From Octopus vulgaris (Eukaryota): 64,000 nucleotides of DNA. Below, piece by piece: positions 9,880 through 24,612 of the stretch (position 1 is its first letter; every line of letters starts with the position of its first letter). The stretch lies in the NCBI GenBank assembly GCA_951406725.2, contig OX597815.1:215326001-215390000 (forward strand), in the 5' to 3' direction. Under the pieces are notes generated by a model. The model was not told where the DNA came from. It was given only the letters and a program-made list of their open reading frames with translations, and searched no databases. The position numbers and the translations under genes are program-made.

Positions 9880-12800
9880 GTGGGTAGCGAACTTCTTCAC
9901 TACTTCAGGGAGTGACGACCCTGCCTGACACGAGTTCCGGGCTCAGCTGGCTTCGGCTGACAGTACCCAGTATGGGCCCCTATCCAGGGTTACGGAAAGG
10001 AGACAACCTTCAAAGAAATCCGGAGTGGAGCCGCGAAGGCGGTCTAGTGTTCGACTCGACACTCTTCCGGCAGCTCCTGCAACCAAGCTGGTGCCAAACG
10101 TAATGCACTGCACTCCACTGGACTACATCAGCAAGGTCGAGAGAGGAAACCTGACGATTGGGCTACCCAGGACTTTCTTATCTATAGCCAGGCTTGCGCA
10201 AAACTGGAGAGGACACTTCAGTGCTGCTGTAAAAAGCTGCAGAAACAACACGGGATGTAACAGTCACGAGTGATAAGTCCATTCAGATTGGCGTAAAATA
10301 TGGGCGCTACGGATTACCTCTGACGGTGGGAGGGACCTCCGTGTCCTATTGGTTAGCTACTGCCCACCTCAAGCTGGGCAGCCCCCAGTTAATAAGGTGC
10401 TGACCCGCCACAGGTCGCCTGCTTCATTGGGTGCTTGAAGCTAAGAGTATAACTTGAAAAGCGGCCTGCAACCTCTGCACCAGGCAAACAACTAAAAGTC
10501 AAGAAAACACCAGTTGTGCGGTTGGCAAGCTGGAATGTCAGGACCACGTGCCCTGGAATATCTGATGATCTACTCAGGGTTGAAAACACAAGGAAAACGG
10601 CCATCATTGACCGTGAACTAAAGAGGCTCAACATAGATATTGCTGGGCTGCAGGAGACAAGTCTCCCCTCAAACAGCAAACTCAAAGAGCAGGACTTCAA
10701 CTTCTTTTGGCAGGGAAGCGATCCAGAAGAACCTCGTCAGCATGGCGTTGGATTTGCAGTGAGAAACTCATTACTCTCCTCAATAGAACCACCATCGGGA
10801 GGCACTGAGCGTATCCCCTCACTGCGCCTCTCGACTTCTTCTTGCTCAGTACATCTACTCAGCATCTCTGCTCCCACTCTCTACAGCTCAGAGGAGACCA
10901 AGGACCAGTTCTAAAAAGATCTCAACTGTGTCATAGAAAATATACCAACGACTGAAAATATCTACCTTCTAGGGATTTTAACGCTCGCGTGGGATCTGAC
11001 CATGATTCGTGGCTCATTTGTGTTGGACACTTTGGTATTGGCAACATGAATGACAATGGTCAGAGACTACTCGAATTCTGCACATACCATAACCTGTGCA
11101 TCACAAACACATTCTTTACCAACAAGCCTTCCCACAAGGCATCTTGGAGACATCCAAGATCTCCACCACTGGCATCAGCTGGATCTCATCATTACACGGA
11201 GATCCTTTCTGAATTCTACTCTATTGACCCGCAGTTACCACAGCGCGGATTGTGACACAGACCACTCACTACTTAGAAGTAGGGTGAGGATTCTGCCTAA
11301 AAAAGTCCATCGCTTCAAGAAAGTGGGCCGACCACGCATTAACACTGCCATAACCTCGGAACCTACACTGCGAAAATGTTTTGCTGCTTCTATCAAGGTT
11401 GCCCTCAGTAGCTGCCCAACCTCCTCTGCTGAAGGTAGGTGGAACTATATCAGGGAAGCTTTGTATACGACATCAATAGATACTTTCGGCATGAGAGAAA
11501 GGCAAAACCCAGATTGGTTCAATGCTGGGCTCTCAGAGCTGAAGCCAGTTATCGAAGCAAAGCGTTCAGCTCTGATGCAATACAAGAGTGACTATTCTAC
11601 AAAGTCACTCGAAGAACTCAGAAAGGCACGAAATAAACCCAACTGACAGCCAGACGCTGTGCAAATAGGTATTGGCAGGAAATCTGTCAGAGTATCCAGT
11701 GAGCTGCTGACAGTGGCGACACTTGTGGGATGTATGCCGGTTTGAAGAAGGCCCTCGGTCCATCCGCAACCAAGTCAGCCCCTCTGAAGATCTCATCAGG
11801 GATCAAGGCAAGCAAATGGATAGATGGGTGGAGCACTACCAGGATCTCTACTCACGGGAGACTAGTGGCTGAGGCTGCAGTCGAGAGTGTCAAGATCTTG
11901 CCAGTCATGTGCGAACTTGACAGTCCGCCATCTATAGCAGAGCTCACCAAGGCTGTTGACTCCCTAGCAAGAAATAAGGCTCCGGGAAAAGACGGCATCC
12001 CCTCAGATATCATCAAAGCCGGCAAAAACACCATCCTGCTTCGGCACCTTCATGAGCTTCTGTGTCAGTGCTGGGAAGAGGGTACAGTCCCTCAGGATAT
12101 GCGGGATGCCAACATCATTACGCTTTACAAAAACAAAGGTGACCGTGGTGATTGTAACAATTACCGTGGTATATCTCTTCTAAGCACTGTTGGAAAGACC
12201 TTTGCCCGCGTTATCCTGGCCAGGCTACAACTACTTGCTTCTCGTATCTATCCGGAATCGCAGTGTGGCTTTAGAAGAAGCAGATCAACTATCGATATGA
12301 TATTCTCCGTACGCCAACTTCAGGAGAAGTCCAGAGAGCAGAAAATACCATTATATATGGCCTTCATTGATCTAACAAAGGCTTTTGACTCGGTAAGCAG
12401 AACAGGCCTCTTCATCCTGCTCCAAAAAATCGAATGTCCACCAAAGCTGCTGAGGATCATCAAGTCTTTTCATGATGACATGCAAGGCACCATACAGCAC
12501 AACGGTTCAACATCAGCCGCCTTCCAAATAAAAAACGGGGTAAAGCAAGGTTTTGTCCTTGCTCCTACATTGTTTGGCATCTTCTTCTCGCTCTTACTCT
12601 CACAAGCCTTTCAGACATCAGATGATGGAGTGTTTCTGCACAGTAGAAGTGACGGGAAACTGTTCAATCTCTCGCGCCTGTGTGTCAAGACCAAAATCAG
12701 AAACGTCCTGATCAAGGAGATGCTATTTGCTGATGATGTCGCTCTGGTATCACACACAGAAGAAGCCCTCCAAACGCTCATTGACTGTTTTGAGCAAGCA

Positions 12801-15031
12801 TGTAACGACTTTGGCTTAGCTATCAGCCTTAAGAAGACCAACATCATGGGTCAGGCTACATCGGATATCCCAAACATATATATTGGAGACCACAGATTAC
12901 AAGAGGTGGGGAATTTTACCTATCTGGGCTCTACCGTCACCTACAACATATCCCTTGACGCTGAGCTCAATATACGCATTGGAAAGGCAGCTGCTGCGAT
13001 GGCCCAACTCTCCAAACGGGCTTGGGACAACAATAAGCTGATCAAGACCACGAAAATGAAGATCTACTAGGCATGTGTACTCAGCACTCTACTGTATGGA
13101 AGTGAGACTTGGACGCTATACACACGCTAAGAACCTCACCTAAACATCTTTCACCTGCGCTGCCTCCGAAAAATCCTCTGCATCAAATGGCAGAATCATA
13201 TCCCCAACAAAGATGTCCTCAGGCAAGCAGGAATACCAAGCATGTTTGCACTCCTCACACAAAGACGTATGAGATACGAGGGACGTTCAATAAGTAATGC
13301 CTCTGACCCACTTGCAGTTGTTTGATCTAGCTGACATTTTGCATGTGCAATTATTTATATCTCTATAGAGTAAGTGGCAAATTACAGCTCTGAATTAATT
13401 GTGGTTTCTGATTTACAGGTGTTTGAACCGAGTCAAGTGTGAAATGGAGCCTGTTGAGTGTCGAGCAGTGATCCGGTTTTTGTATTTGAAAGGACGCATA
13501 CCACGGGAGACTTTTGATGAAATGAAAGTAACTTATGGTGATGATGCCCCATCATATGACCTTGTAAAACGCTGGCATCGTGAATTCAAACATGGTCGGA
13601 ACTCTGTGGAAACAGCTCCCAGATCTGGTCGCCCCCTTCTGCCATTGATGAGGCATCTCACCGTCAAGTTGAGGCTGCCATTTTGGAAGATCGACGCATA
13701 ATTATTCGCCAAATAGCTCATGAGGTCAAGATTAGTACCGGGTCTGTGGAAACTATCATTCATGACCATTTGCATATGCAAAAGGTGTCTGCCAGATGGA
13801 TTCCCAGGTTGCTCACGCCTTTCCAGAAGCAAAAACGCGTCGAGTGCTCGAGGATGAATTTGGAGATGTGCCAAGAAGATGAGTCAAAATTTTTCAAAAG
13901 ACTGATTACACAGGATGAAACCTGGGTCCATCACGATGATCCAGAGACCAAAGCCCAGTCAATGCAGTGGAAGCACCGTGACTGACCCCCTCCAAAGGAG
14001 GCAAGGGTGCAGCCCTCCGCTGGCAAGGTCATGCTCACAGTCTTCTGGGACCAGGACGGAGTAGTGATGACAGATTTCTTGGCAAAGGGTACCACAATTG
14101 CAGGAGCCTATTATGCTTCACTTTTGATGAAATTAAGAGAAGTTATCAAAATCAAGAGGCGGGGCAAGATCAGCAAAGGCATCCTCCTCCTGCAGGACAA
14201 CGCTCCGGTCCACAATTCGCTTGTCGCCAGATCAGAAGCACAGGCGTATGGCTATGAACTCCTCCCCATCCCCCCTACTTTCCTGACCTTGCACCCTCTG
14301 ATTTTCACCTCTTCCCAATCATGAAGTTGTTTTTGAAAGGAAAGCGTTTCCCAGATGATGCAGCCTTGATTTCTGAAGTCACGTTGAGGTTGGAGGACCA
14401 AGCTGGGTTCTTCTACAAAAACGGTCTCCAGAGCCGCATCAAACGATGGAGAAATGCGTAACTCTGGATGGTTCCTATGTAGACAAAGATTAATAACTGT
14501 GCCAAGTTTCGTTGCTCTACTGCTATGGGAAGTGGGTCAGGGGCATTACTTATTGAACGCCCCTCGTAGCTTGGGCATGTTAGCCGTATGAAAGATGGCA
14601 GAATCCCCAAGGACATACTCTACGGAGAGCTTGCTAGGGGTACTAGGTCTGTGGGTAGACCGATCTTACGTTACAAGGATGTTTGCAAAAGGGACATGAA
14701 GGCCTGCAACATCAATATTAGCGGTTGGGAGGCAGTTGCCGGCAACCGTGGAGAATGGCGACGTACCGTAAAAGAGGGAATACAAAGGAGTGACAGGGAG
14801 AGAGAGGAGAAATGGAAAGAAAAGAAGAGACGTCAACAAGAAACTATGACATTACAACCAGCCAGGAACAGTCTTCGCTACATTTGCGGTACCTGCCAGA
14901 GGGAGTGCTTGACCAGGATAGGACTACACAGCCACAGCAGGAAATGTATCAGGATATGAAATATAAAAGCCGGACTGGACTATTTTATGCGTAACTCCAT
15001 TGTCTCCCGAGACAAAAAGGATGCCAACCAA
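9880..15031 (+). mobile_element. RTE-clade LINE (APE + RT), near full length, inactivated, interrupted by a Mariner
   Basis: LASWNVRT, IAGLQET, GVGFAV, GDFNAR-like and TDH (APE); YRGISLL, FIDLTKAFD, GVKQG and LFADD (RT); C-terminal CGTC..GLHSHSRKC; several stops and frameshifts. Confidence 0.92.
13277..14566 (+). mobile_element. Mariner (DD34D) DNA transposon, full length, degraded
   Basis: TIRs CGAGGGACGTTCAATAAGTAATGCCTCTGACCCACT / AGTGGGTCAGGGGCATTACTTATTGAACGCCCCTCG; TA duplicated at 13275-13276 and 14567-14568; transposase motifs WIPRLL, TQDETW, LLQDNA and frameshifted PDLAPSDFHLF. Confidence 0.95.
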
Positions 15032-15267
15032 TATATATATATATATATATATATACATACACACACAGAAGGATAAGATCAATATTTAAATATCGATTTT
15101 ATCAGGTGGCCAGCATGGAAATAAAAACCATCAAAGGTAACAATTATTTAAAATTATAATATAGGGTAATAGCAGTCAAATCTTGACTCTAAAACCACAT
15201 TAAATGTTCTTATAGCACCAGGAGAGAAGACGAAGAGACAAAATAGAATAGCAAACATTTCTGGATA

Positions 15268-15326
15268 ATTCCAGATCCCGGATTTCTGACTCTGCATAAG
15301 AAATGCTCTGCTTTCATCAGTGGAAT
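15268..15326 (-). ncRNA. Degenerate hammerhead-like motif
   Basis: Minus strand ATTCCA-CTGATGA-...-GAAA-TCCGGGATC-TGGAAT; stem I perfect, stem II poorly paired. Confidence 0.4.
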
Positions 15327-15398
15327 ATACTCAGAAAAGCAAATAAATACAAATATATACATATACAACATACGATATACTTACATATACGAACGTAT

Positions 15399-15478
<80 letters not shown>

Positions 15479-16112
15479 CATATATATATATATATGAGCG
15501 TGTATATATAAATCAAGGCGGCTATCAGCATTTTAAGACCAACAGGGAAATAATTCACAATCACTAAAGGTGACAAGAGTGCAGTGAGCACCAGCATTAT
15601 TAGAAATATTAGTCATAGACTATTTCGTTTCGGGATTTGGTTTGCAAGATTCTTTATATGAGTTCGTGTGTTGGAGCATATCCTGTTCTGTCTGAGGAGT
15701 CCCATTTTCTTTTTGTGCCTTATAATTCCACACACTCACCGGTAATATTTCAACGTATTTCTTATTTTTATTTTCCTAAAACTTTTCGTTGAGTCTTGCA
15801 AACTTTTACCAGTGATTGTTTTAAATTATAGTCATAGACACCTTAGCCATAAAAAAACACATGGTGCATTGACAGGGGGGGGCAACCTTCCCCACGGTAA
15901 GACAGATGGTTTAGATTAGCATGGTAATTTCTTATAAGAAGTTAATACTCATCAGCAATGCTCACTCCATTACGGCTGGTGGAGGCTAACTCCCGCTTGT
16001 CAATATCATTGAGAATGACATAAAAATGAGTGATTGATTTCACAAAATGGCAATGTGAAGATTATAAAATAATTAAGGTGGCTAACACGCAATTTAAAAC
16101 CAGCCAGGAAAT

Positions 16113-16150
<38 letters not shown>

Positions 16151-18002
16151 ATATAATAATTTATACACGGAGGGAAGACCACCATGTGGATTTCTTACAT
16201 GCTAAAGAGGGCAAGCCACGGTACTGGATGAATATGTTCTTAACACCAACTTTTAGTCACCCGCTTGTAGTTTTAGCCTTCTTCACTAATTCTGTTCTCA
16301 ACCATACTGAATGCGGTTATTTTACCTATGATGATCCAATCCTAAGCTATATTTGAATATAAAAATAATTGAAACAAAACAATTAATCTCTTTAAGTGTT
16401 CAAAGTCAACTGCGGCGCAATATCTCCCAAGTTTTGAACAAATTCCAGGCATTGCTCAACATGAATTTGCTTGATGAAAGTAAGTATCGTGTTTCTTAAT
16501 TTTTTTAACACCATTACCGTCAAAATTAGCTTCATCAATCACCATTACCATCCTCTTCGTCGTTGTCGTCATCATCAACCACAATGGATGATATCTTAGG
16601 ACACCCACGCGTGCACGCAAGCGCACAGACTCTCCCCCTCTCTCTCATACATACAACTATTCATTTACATTTTCTCGAAGCTTGGATAATTTCAATAAAT
16701 CAGCATTTTATTTTGCGCTTTTCCGTTTCTTGTCCCTACGGAACTGTTTGTCTAACCGAGGGCAAAAATGTTTTCTTCTAATTTTGTATAGAAGTAGAAG
16801 ATGCAGACTCTACTGGGCAGAATAATTCACACAATTCCAGTACTTTCTTTAATTCACTCAGGAAAATTATTCAATGCTGCAAATAATTTTCCTTAGCGAA
16901 AATTCAGTTTGTTCGAAGTGATCATATTAATTTTTGAATAAGAAACGATAGATACACACACAGCTCATACGCTTTAACTCATCTCTAAGAGATATAAAAG
17001 AGGAATAAATCATATCCCATTGCCGAACAATGATATAATTTTTTCACTTCGTTTCCATTCATTTCATTTTACCACTGCCAAATCAATATAAAGTCTATCT
17101 ATTTCCAGCATAAAAGAGGTTTATGCGCATCCGGTCAGTATGTCTAAGTAGTGGTTAATATTGAGGAAATGCAACAATAGAGGCCGCGAAACAGACAGTA
17201 GCATTTTTACTAGTCAAATCCCGTAACAAATTATATATTGCTCGGGAAAATGTAAAAATATATATACATATACACACACATATTTCGGGATGGTCATTTT
17301 ATTTATTATTTAAAAAATATATAAATGAATAAATATATGTGTGCATATATATATTGTGTGCCCAGGTAGAGTATACGGGGATCTCTACGTACAACAGTGT
17401 TCGGGCAAACAGATCACATTGGCATAATTTGAAGAACACTGTCAAAGTAGTTTCTCATGGATTCAGATCTACGTTTCGAGCAATGTCTTCTGTGAAATAT
17501 ACACGCTGGCCATTTTCAAGATGTACAGATAGATTTTAGGAAAGTGTTCCTACATGTAAACAGGATGTGACCTTTGTGTTGACAGTGTATTTGTCTCAAA
17601 GCAGAACCGTTCTTCCATCAGCGCTTGTCAATTGGCTGAAGTAACATGAAAGGCATCGTCATTCATGGTATATTCGTGAATAAGTCACAAACTGAAATAC
17701 GTTGATCTATTGTTTAGGGAAATATTATTTACTTGTTTAAGGGTTGTACTGGATAGATACCGAAAACAGCTCTAGCAGTTCAAATAGTAAGAAATAAACA
17801 TATATATGTATATATATACAAATTCATACTATCCGGTAATTAATGTGCTTAAAATTTTATATTTTATGTTTTTTCATTATATTTCCAGGTTCAAGTACTG
17901 GTAATGGAACAGAGGATAGAACAGCAGAAACAAACTTTTGAGTGAAAATCGAAAAAGAGCCTCCAAGATTCGTCTTTGATGATATTTTATGCTATAAAAC
18001 GA

Positions 18003-18170
18003 TATTTTCTGCATATATAATACAAAATAAAATTTTCTCCATATATAATATAAAATAATATTTTCTCCATATATAATATGAAATAATATTTTCTTCATAT
18101 ATAATATAAAATTATATTTTCTGCATATATAATATGAAATAATATTTTCTTCATACATAATATAAAATAT
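18003..18170. repeat. AT-rich minisatellite, ~28 bp x 6
   Basis: Repeats of TATTTTCT(G/C/T)CATATATAATA..AAATAA. Confidence 0.85.
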
Positions 18171-18952
18171 TCTTTCTTTGTAACGACACTATAATTATAC
18201 GTTTCAATACAACACTATGCATGCATGAGACTGTATAATCCCCCATGATGTAATTTAAGCAAGTTTCAGGGCTTGAAACAGAAAATATTGCATGATTTGA
18301 AATTATATTGAAATTCTATCTTCTTGCCAATTTAATGTTATTAATGTAAGCTTTAGAATTGTTAAATAAAGGATTAAATATGATCTGTTGCTACCGTTCG
18401 TTTTCTAGATGAAATACTGTAATACCTCAGACTAAGATCAAATACCACCGGAAGAGGCATTGATTCCATTTGTTATTTTAAACATTCCACTAAAATGTTA
18501 AAACTTGCAAAATGTATCATGTTGATTAGATTTACGATCATTTATCTAATTAGTATTATCAGGTCATTCAACTGTCATTGTTCAAGTAATCAACATTTCA
18601 CAAACAGCTACATTCCAATCAAAGCACCGGACGTAGATTCGTCTTCTACACGTTCATGTCTACTTTCACTCCATCAATGTTACACTAACACGAGACTGCG
18701 CACGCCTCAATGTCTTCATTGAAGTAGTTTCTTAGTTATATTCTCTACATGACATTCAGGCCCATTAGGCCGCAGTCTCTCGCGGTATCCAACATATTCC
18801 AACACCCGGGGATAGAAGACACCCCACTAAAAGAGATGCCAGTCTGTTGCAAGTTTAACCCTTGGTTGTAGCTGGTATTTCTTCTCAGATGACTGCACTG
18901 GAAGTGTTTTTCTCGTGGACAGAACGCACCGAACCAATAGTCCATGTGTCTA

Positions 18953-19022
<70 letters not shown>

Positions 19023-21389
19023 CATGTATGTGTGTGCGTGCGTGCGTGTGTATGTATGTGTGTGCTTTTTAGCCCCTTCTGTTTTCCGGATCATTGGTCG
19101 CTCTCTTGCCAGCCGGAACACCGCTACGCCCTTCTTTTATACTCTGCTTGTTGCTGTTAAAAGGTATGTAGCCGTGTATCATAACAGCTCTGTCATTTCT
19201 ACTGCTTATTACATGACCTGTGGTTTTAGATGTCTTGGTACATCGATTGAAATAAGGAATTATTTTTTAGTTTCCTCCTAATTAGATGGTCGCACCATTT
19301 CACTCTCTTCCACCTGACTATTTCAGTTCTGGTTTATTTCATGTAAATAACGTTTCTTATACAAATTACGCCACTCTCATTATAATATCTCTTTAGTTTT
19401 ATACACATTTTAATAACCTCTTACGTATGTGTTTCTAGACCCTGATTAGAGAAACAAAAATGTGCAACCTATCAATGCATCGCTGGCTGATGTCCTATAC
19501 GCTCCAGATCCTGTTTCTTAAATCTCTCAAATGCTATACATGCTAGCGTGACCTGTCTTTTCTAACCTGTGTGTCTAGTGCGACGGGTACTACACAGCTC
19601 TCTTTGACATGTTCAACATAAGAACCATTCAGTGTAATTATTTCCTTTGCTTTGTGTAATTAATCTGTATATAATGCTATTCATTTTCATAGCCCATTTC
19701 CCCATATTTCGTCTGAGACCATCAATATTAGGTTTGCTTCCCAACCACATAATTCCGTTTTTTTTTCTTGGTCTCAACGTGTGACATGGCAATTTGGGCA
19801 ATTTTCACCATACTTAGAAAAAAGTACTAGGGTCAATTCGTTCGACTAAAACTTATTCCAGGGGCCCTCCACCTCCTCCAGCATGGCTGCAGTCTCATGA
19901 CTGAAATAAAGGAAAAAGTTTTAAAATTTATATTTCCTCACTTCGTTATCATCTGTGAACACATATTTTCTCTATTCTCCTTTCAGTGAAGAAAACACAT
20001 CTGTCTCCATGACATTTCTCCTTCACTCACTCTCTATCTCTTTTGCTACTTATCTCTCTCTCTCTCCTCTCTCTTATAGCTTTGCCTCTCCCATTCACTT
20101 TCCTTATCAGTTCATGCTTTTCTCTCTCTCTCATATCACATGTTGCTTCCCTGCGCGTGGAGAATTAAGCCAGCAAAGACGTTCAACATTTTTATAATTG
20201 TTTTTCATCTCCGCTGTTTCGTTTAACATATTTTCTCTCTTCATTGTGAACCACAAACATAATCATTCTTCATTATTTTTCACACCATAACTTACTTCTC
20301 CTTGATCTGTTTCTCTCTGCCTTTCGGTCCTCATATGGCCCCTCCTCCATACCGTTGCCCACAAATTCCATAGGTTCTACAACGATGAACCCCCAATATA
20401 CTACAAGCACTATGACGAACAACCTGGTTATGAATCTAACTCTGCAGGTTCACAATGTTCAAAAACACATCTACAGACATCTACACATCTGTGCCTTACC
20501 TCAATATGCAACACTTAACCTATATTGGGTGCTTGTCACACGTAGTTGCAGTACTTACAATCTTGTGAAAATATGACATACAACAGACAATTTGTAATAC
20601 GTCCAGGCTGACAAGCAAGCTTTAATACGTGACTGCACGAAGATGTTGAATCCTATACAAACACAACATATAAATGGAACTAGTAGATTATAAACCGTAA
20701 TGGTTAGCACAAGGTTTATCGAAGAATCAAATTCTGGATTAGTTACATCCACATCTTGGCTATGGGCTCCAAGAAGGGAAGTGCTGTTCCCTCGCATATT
20801 CCGCTATAATGTCTAGACGAATAGTAAAATTCTGACCAATAGCAATATTCTGAACATATGGAAGTGATAGATGTGTAGCGAGACCAATTTCTATTATTGT
20901 ACATTTGGAAACATTAAATTAGTTTCTGAAAGCTCACCACGCTACTCTGTTGAGATTGGTTAAAATAACTATCATAAAAGTCATTGGACATTTATTGAAC
21001 CCTGTGTTGTGATTAGCTGAGTGTTGCGCGGGCGCTGGATCGAAGGTCCAATAACGTTACGCGTTATATATTTCTGGAGCCTCATTTCTTTTCATAAATT
21101 GGTGCCATAAATTATTTACGAGTCAGAGAGGTGAGAGTCATTCATCGAGGCGAAGTATGCGGATCCTGTCGTTTTCAGCATTAATTTGCTTACTCCATCT
21201 AATTTTTGAGAGCGGTCGAGTTCACTTTTAGTATTCTCGTTTGTGAGAGCAGTCGAGTTTATTTCAGATATTCTCATTCTAAAAATCATCTCTGGCTCAT
21301 CGTTGAGAGGATGTTGGTATTGTCTTGGTGGAGGTTTGCACCTTTTAAGTGCTCTACTGATTATTGTTGTTGTTGTTGTTGTTGCTGCT

Positions 21390-21420
<31 letters not shown>

Positions 21421-21869
21421 ATGATGCTGATGATATACAAGGTAATTCGGTAAAATGAAAATATCATTTCAGTCACCTATTCGATTGATTTATTTACAGA
21501 GTAATTCAGTTAACTGAAAGTACCTTTTCCGTTATCCATTCGGATGTTTAATTTAAAGAGTTTACAGGTTTATCCGTGATCCATCCTTGCCTCATTCGTT
21601 ACTGTTGTGGAAGGATTCCGACAACTCCCATATGATTAAAAGTGAATTGTCACATTTGCTATGAATAAAGAACTGACGAGTTATCAGCAGTTCGCTGTGA
21701 GCCGTGTAACCTCGTATAACAGGAAGCCTCGTGCGTTCGTGTAAATACTTCGTTAAATTATTTATCAAACATACAAGGATATAAAAGTTACTTATAAAAG
21801 AAATATACTTACACCGTGCCTCACGTTTTTGACAGTATCCGCGGAAGGAAGAGACTTGTGGATGACATG

Positions 21870-22962
21870 AATTACATATTATGAAGTACAGAAACAAAAA
21901 GCCGATGAATCTAAGACTTACAGGAAATTCGAAATTATGTCCTGTAACGCTCGAGTGCACATTAGGATACATGATGAAGATCATACCATAATTCAGCACA
22001 TTGGTGAAGATCCTCATTGTTCATGTGCTTCAAAATCCGTGCATCATATTCAGGTGGGGTTATTCAGTGTTCCGCAAAAAAAAGTCAATAAACTTACATC
22101 CACCTTTTTTATAAGCTAAATGAATTACTCCAAAGACTGAGCCCTGAAGATGTTATGAGGGATTTTGAAAAAGCTCTTATTAATAGCATTGTATCTGTTT
22201 CCTACTACTTCCATCTCATGCTGTCTTTTTCATCTATCACAAAATATATACAGAAAACATGTGAATTTGGCTTGAAGGAAAGATACCATCATTATAATGA
22301 GTTCAGCATTAAAATCAGATGGTTTTAAGCGCTGCTAATTCTTCGTCTCAATGATGAGATTGACGGAGTCGAAAATCTTGTAGATGACGATGATCTTCCG
22401 CAAGAACTTGTGACCTACTTTGGATTATCGTACCTAAGATGAGTGCGAAGTAAAGGAATGAGGCCACGAAGGACTTCTCCCTAGTTTCCCATTGGTAGTT
22501 GGAATGTCCGCTTTAAAACAGAATCGGATATGCCTCGCACTAATAAACTTTTAAAGGGATTTCACAACGCCCTACAAATTTCCTTAATTTGTTCACATCT
22601 GAATATATGGAAATAATTACTGCATTGAAAAGAGAAGAACACTTGGCACAGCTGAGAAAGGTTGAATTTGATGGAGGTGGGATCTGCGAGACCAAACGAA
22701 AATAAAACAAAGAATATAAGCAAACGGATAAGTATTGAGCGACAAAGACCCGAAAATAAGATGGATTTTATATGAGCAATAGCCCCTAACCTTCATTTTT
22801 ATTGAAACTTTTAGTAATAATTTTAGGTTTTACCCGACTTTTTATTTTATCTTATTCAACGTTTTATTTTTTCTAATATCGGGAGTGAAAATGACTGGTA
22901 GTCAAATTACCGGAGTCAAAATACCGGGGTTGAAGTTATCAGGATTCAAATTACCTGTCGCC
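21870..22962 (+). mobile_element. Degraded MULE/Mutator-like transposon
   Basis: CNARVH..IIQHIG..H (zinc-finger-like); DFEKALINS; FPIGSWNV..MPRTNKLLKGFHN; short subterminal repeats GAGTCAAA(T/A)TACCGG at ~22880-22960. Confidence 0.7.
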
Positions 22963-23659
22963 TATTCAGTCGATGTCTGAGGGATACGGGTTCGAGTCTC
23001 ATAAGGCTACCCAGACTTTCTCTGCTATCTCTACAGCTTTACTGGGTTTGAAATGTCCCTCCTTATCTGCAAGGTATCGCGTTTGAAATGGTTAAGTATG
23101 TTATCTTTTATTTATGCAGAAGAGATAACATTACATGACAGGGAGTAGCTTTGATGGAAGAAAAACATTCGCAAAATACATAAAATCCTACGTTTCTTAT
23201 TAAGAGAGACTAATGAGTGTTTCTCTCGATGCCACAGGGAATGCTAACCATCTTCTAAATTTATGTCCCAGATTCCAGATACAGTTTTGAAGAATCACAT
23301 GAATACTTTGATCACCTATAAACAAAAAGAAACTTGTTACTATGGAATTGCTTCAACGTAATCGTTGGAGACCTCCGCAACAATGAAGAAGCAGGCTGAA
23401 GCAAGAACTGACCAAATGCTATAGAAAGATAAAGCTTTGGCAAACCAAAAGAGAAGCGAGCATAATTACTACGTTTGTGTGCAATAAGGGGTCTCATGAT
23501 AACAAACACTGTGTACGGAAAAGAATGTCTGGGAGCTAAATCAATATATATAATATCCTTCAATTCATTACTTTGAACAACGATCGTCAAGTTTGCTTTG
23601 GCAATTCTAAAGATATTTTGGTGTCACGAATTGTGTCACCAAAACAGATCAAATAACCT

Positions 23660-24470
23660 TTAAAGTTCAACACCTGAACTTCAAATTTTACTATCCAACA
23701 TATACAAAACGCAATATCCCATACAACCTAGCCGGGAAAATTAGTACGTTTGTGGAGGATGTGAGAATCAGAGACAAAAGCCTAACAAAACTAAAAGAAT
23801 CTCTACCCAAGCAAAAATATCCGTCTCTACTCATAGAAAATGGTATACAGCTTGATATAGAAATACCCATACAAGAACTTAGGGCCACCCGAGGAAGAGG
23901 AAAACGAGAACAGATCATACCAGTTATAGTGGCACACAACCCATGTTACCGGAATACCTTAAGCATTGCAAATCAAACTTGCCGATCATTATTCAAAGTA
24001 ATGAATTAGAAGATATAATCACGGATGGAGTAATGGCTCTAAGTAAAAAACAGTCGAAAGACTTGAAACATTTAATAAAGGCAAAGTGTAATCTTAGCAA
24101 CAATACGAATCATTCATTGTGTCTCAGTACAATGATAATCGATGTGGGACATGTCAGTTCATACATATCGGTCAATATTGGAACAAAAAATAAACGGAAG
24201 AATATTTGCAAATGTAAATATGAACTGCAAAAGCAGAAATTTAATTTACTGCATCAAATGCCAGAATTCTGAAGAGATATACGTTGGCCAGATTTGGAAT
24301 ACACTAGCGGAACGTTCACGTGTGCCCCAACAGTAAATAAGAGATCCTGATGTCGGTCAGATGATCCCTTTAACCGACCACTGGCAACTTGTGGTCTACA
24401 CAACTGAAGACAAGTCGAGAGAAACGTTAGAGAAAAAAATTTTATTGATAAACTGAAACCCGTTTTTAAA
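23660..24470 (+). mobile_element. Penelope-like remnant (RT C-terminus, linker, GIY-YIG)
   Basis: TKRNIPYNLA..LKESL.KQKYP..LIENGI; NCKSRNLIYCIKCQNSEEIYVGQ..NTLAER; frameshifted. Confidence 0.75.
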
Positions 24471-24529
24471 TGGACAAAACTAATAATAATAACGGTGATG
24501 ACTGGAATGATGATGATGATGATGATGAT

Positions 24530-24536
24530 GATAATA

Positions 24537-24612
<76 letters not shown>
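24530..24612. repeat. (TAA)n microsatellite, left flank of Dong-like element 1
   Basis: Direct. Confidence 0.95.

Noticed and set aside
9880-10450. HDV-like ribozyme in the RTE 5' UTR (known for some RTEs)
   Set aside because: Could not identify the nested double pseudoknot by eye; needs an RNAMotif/Infernal search
20250-20700. Possible very old Penelope GIY-YIG remnant (CSTYNLV..YV)
   Set aside because: Similarity too weak to support by eye
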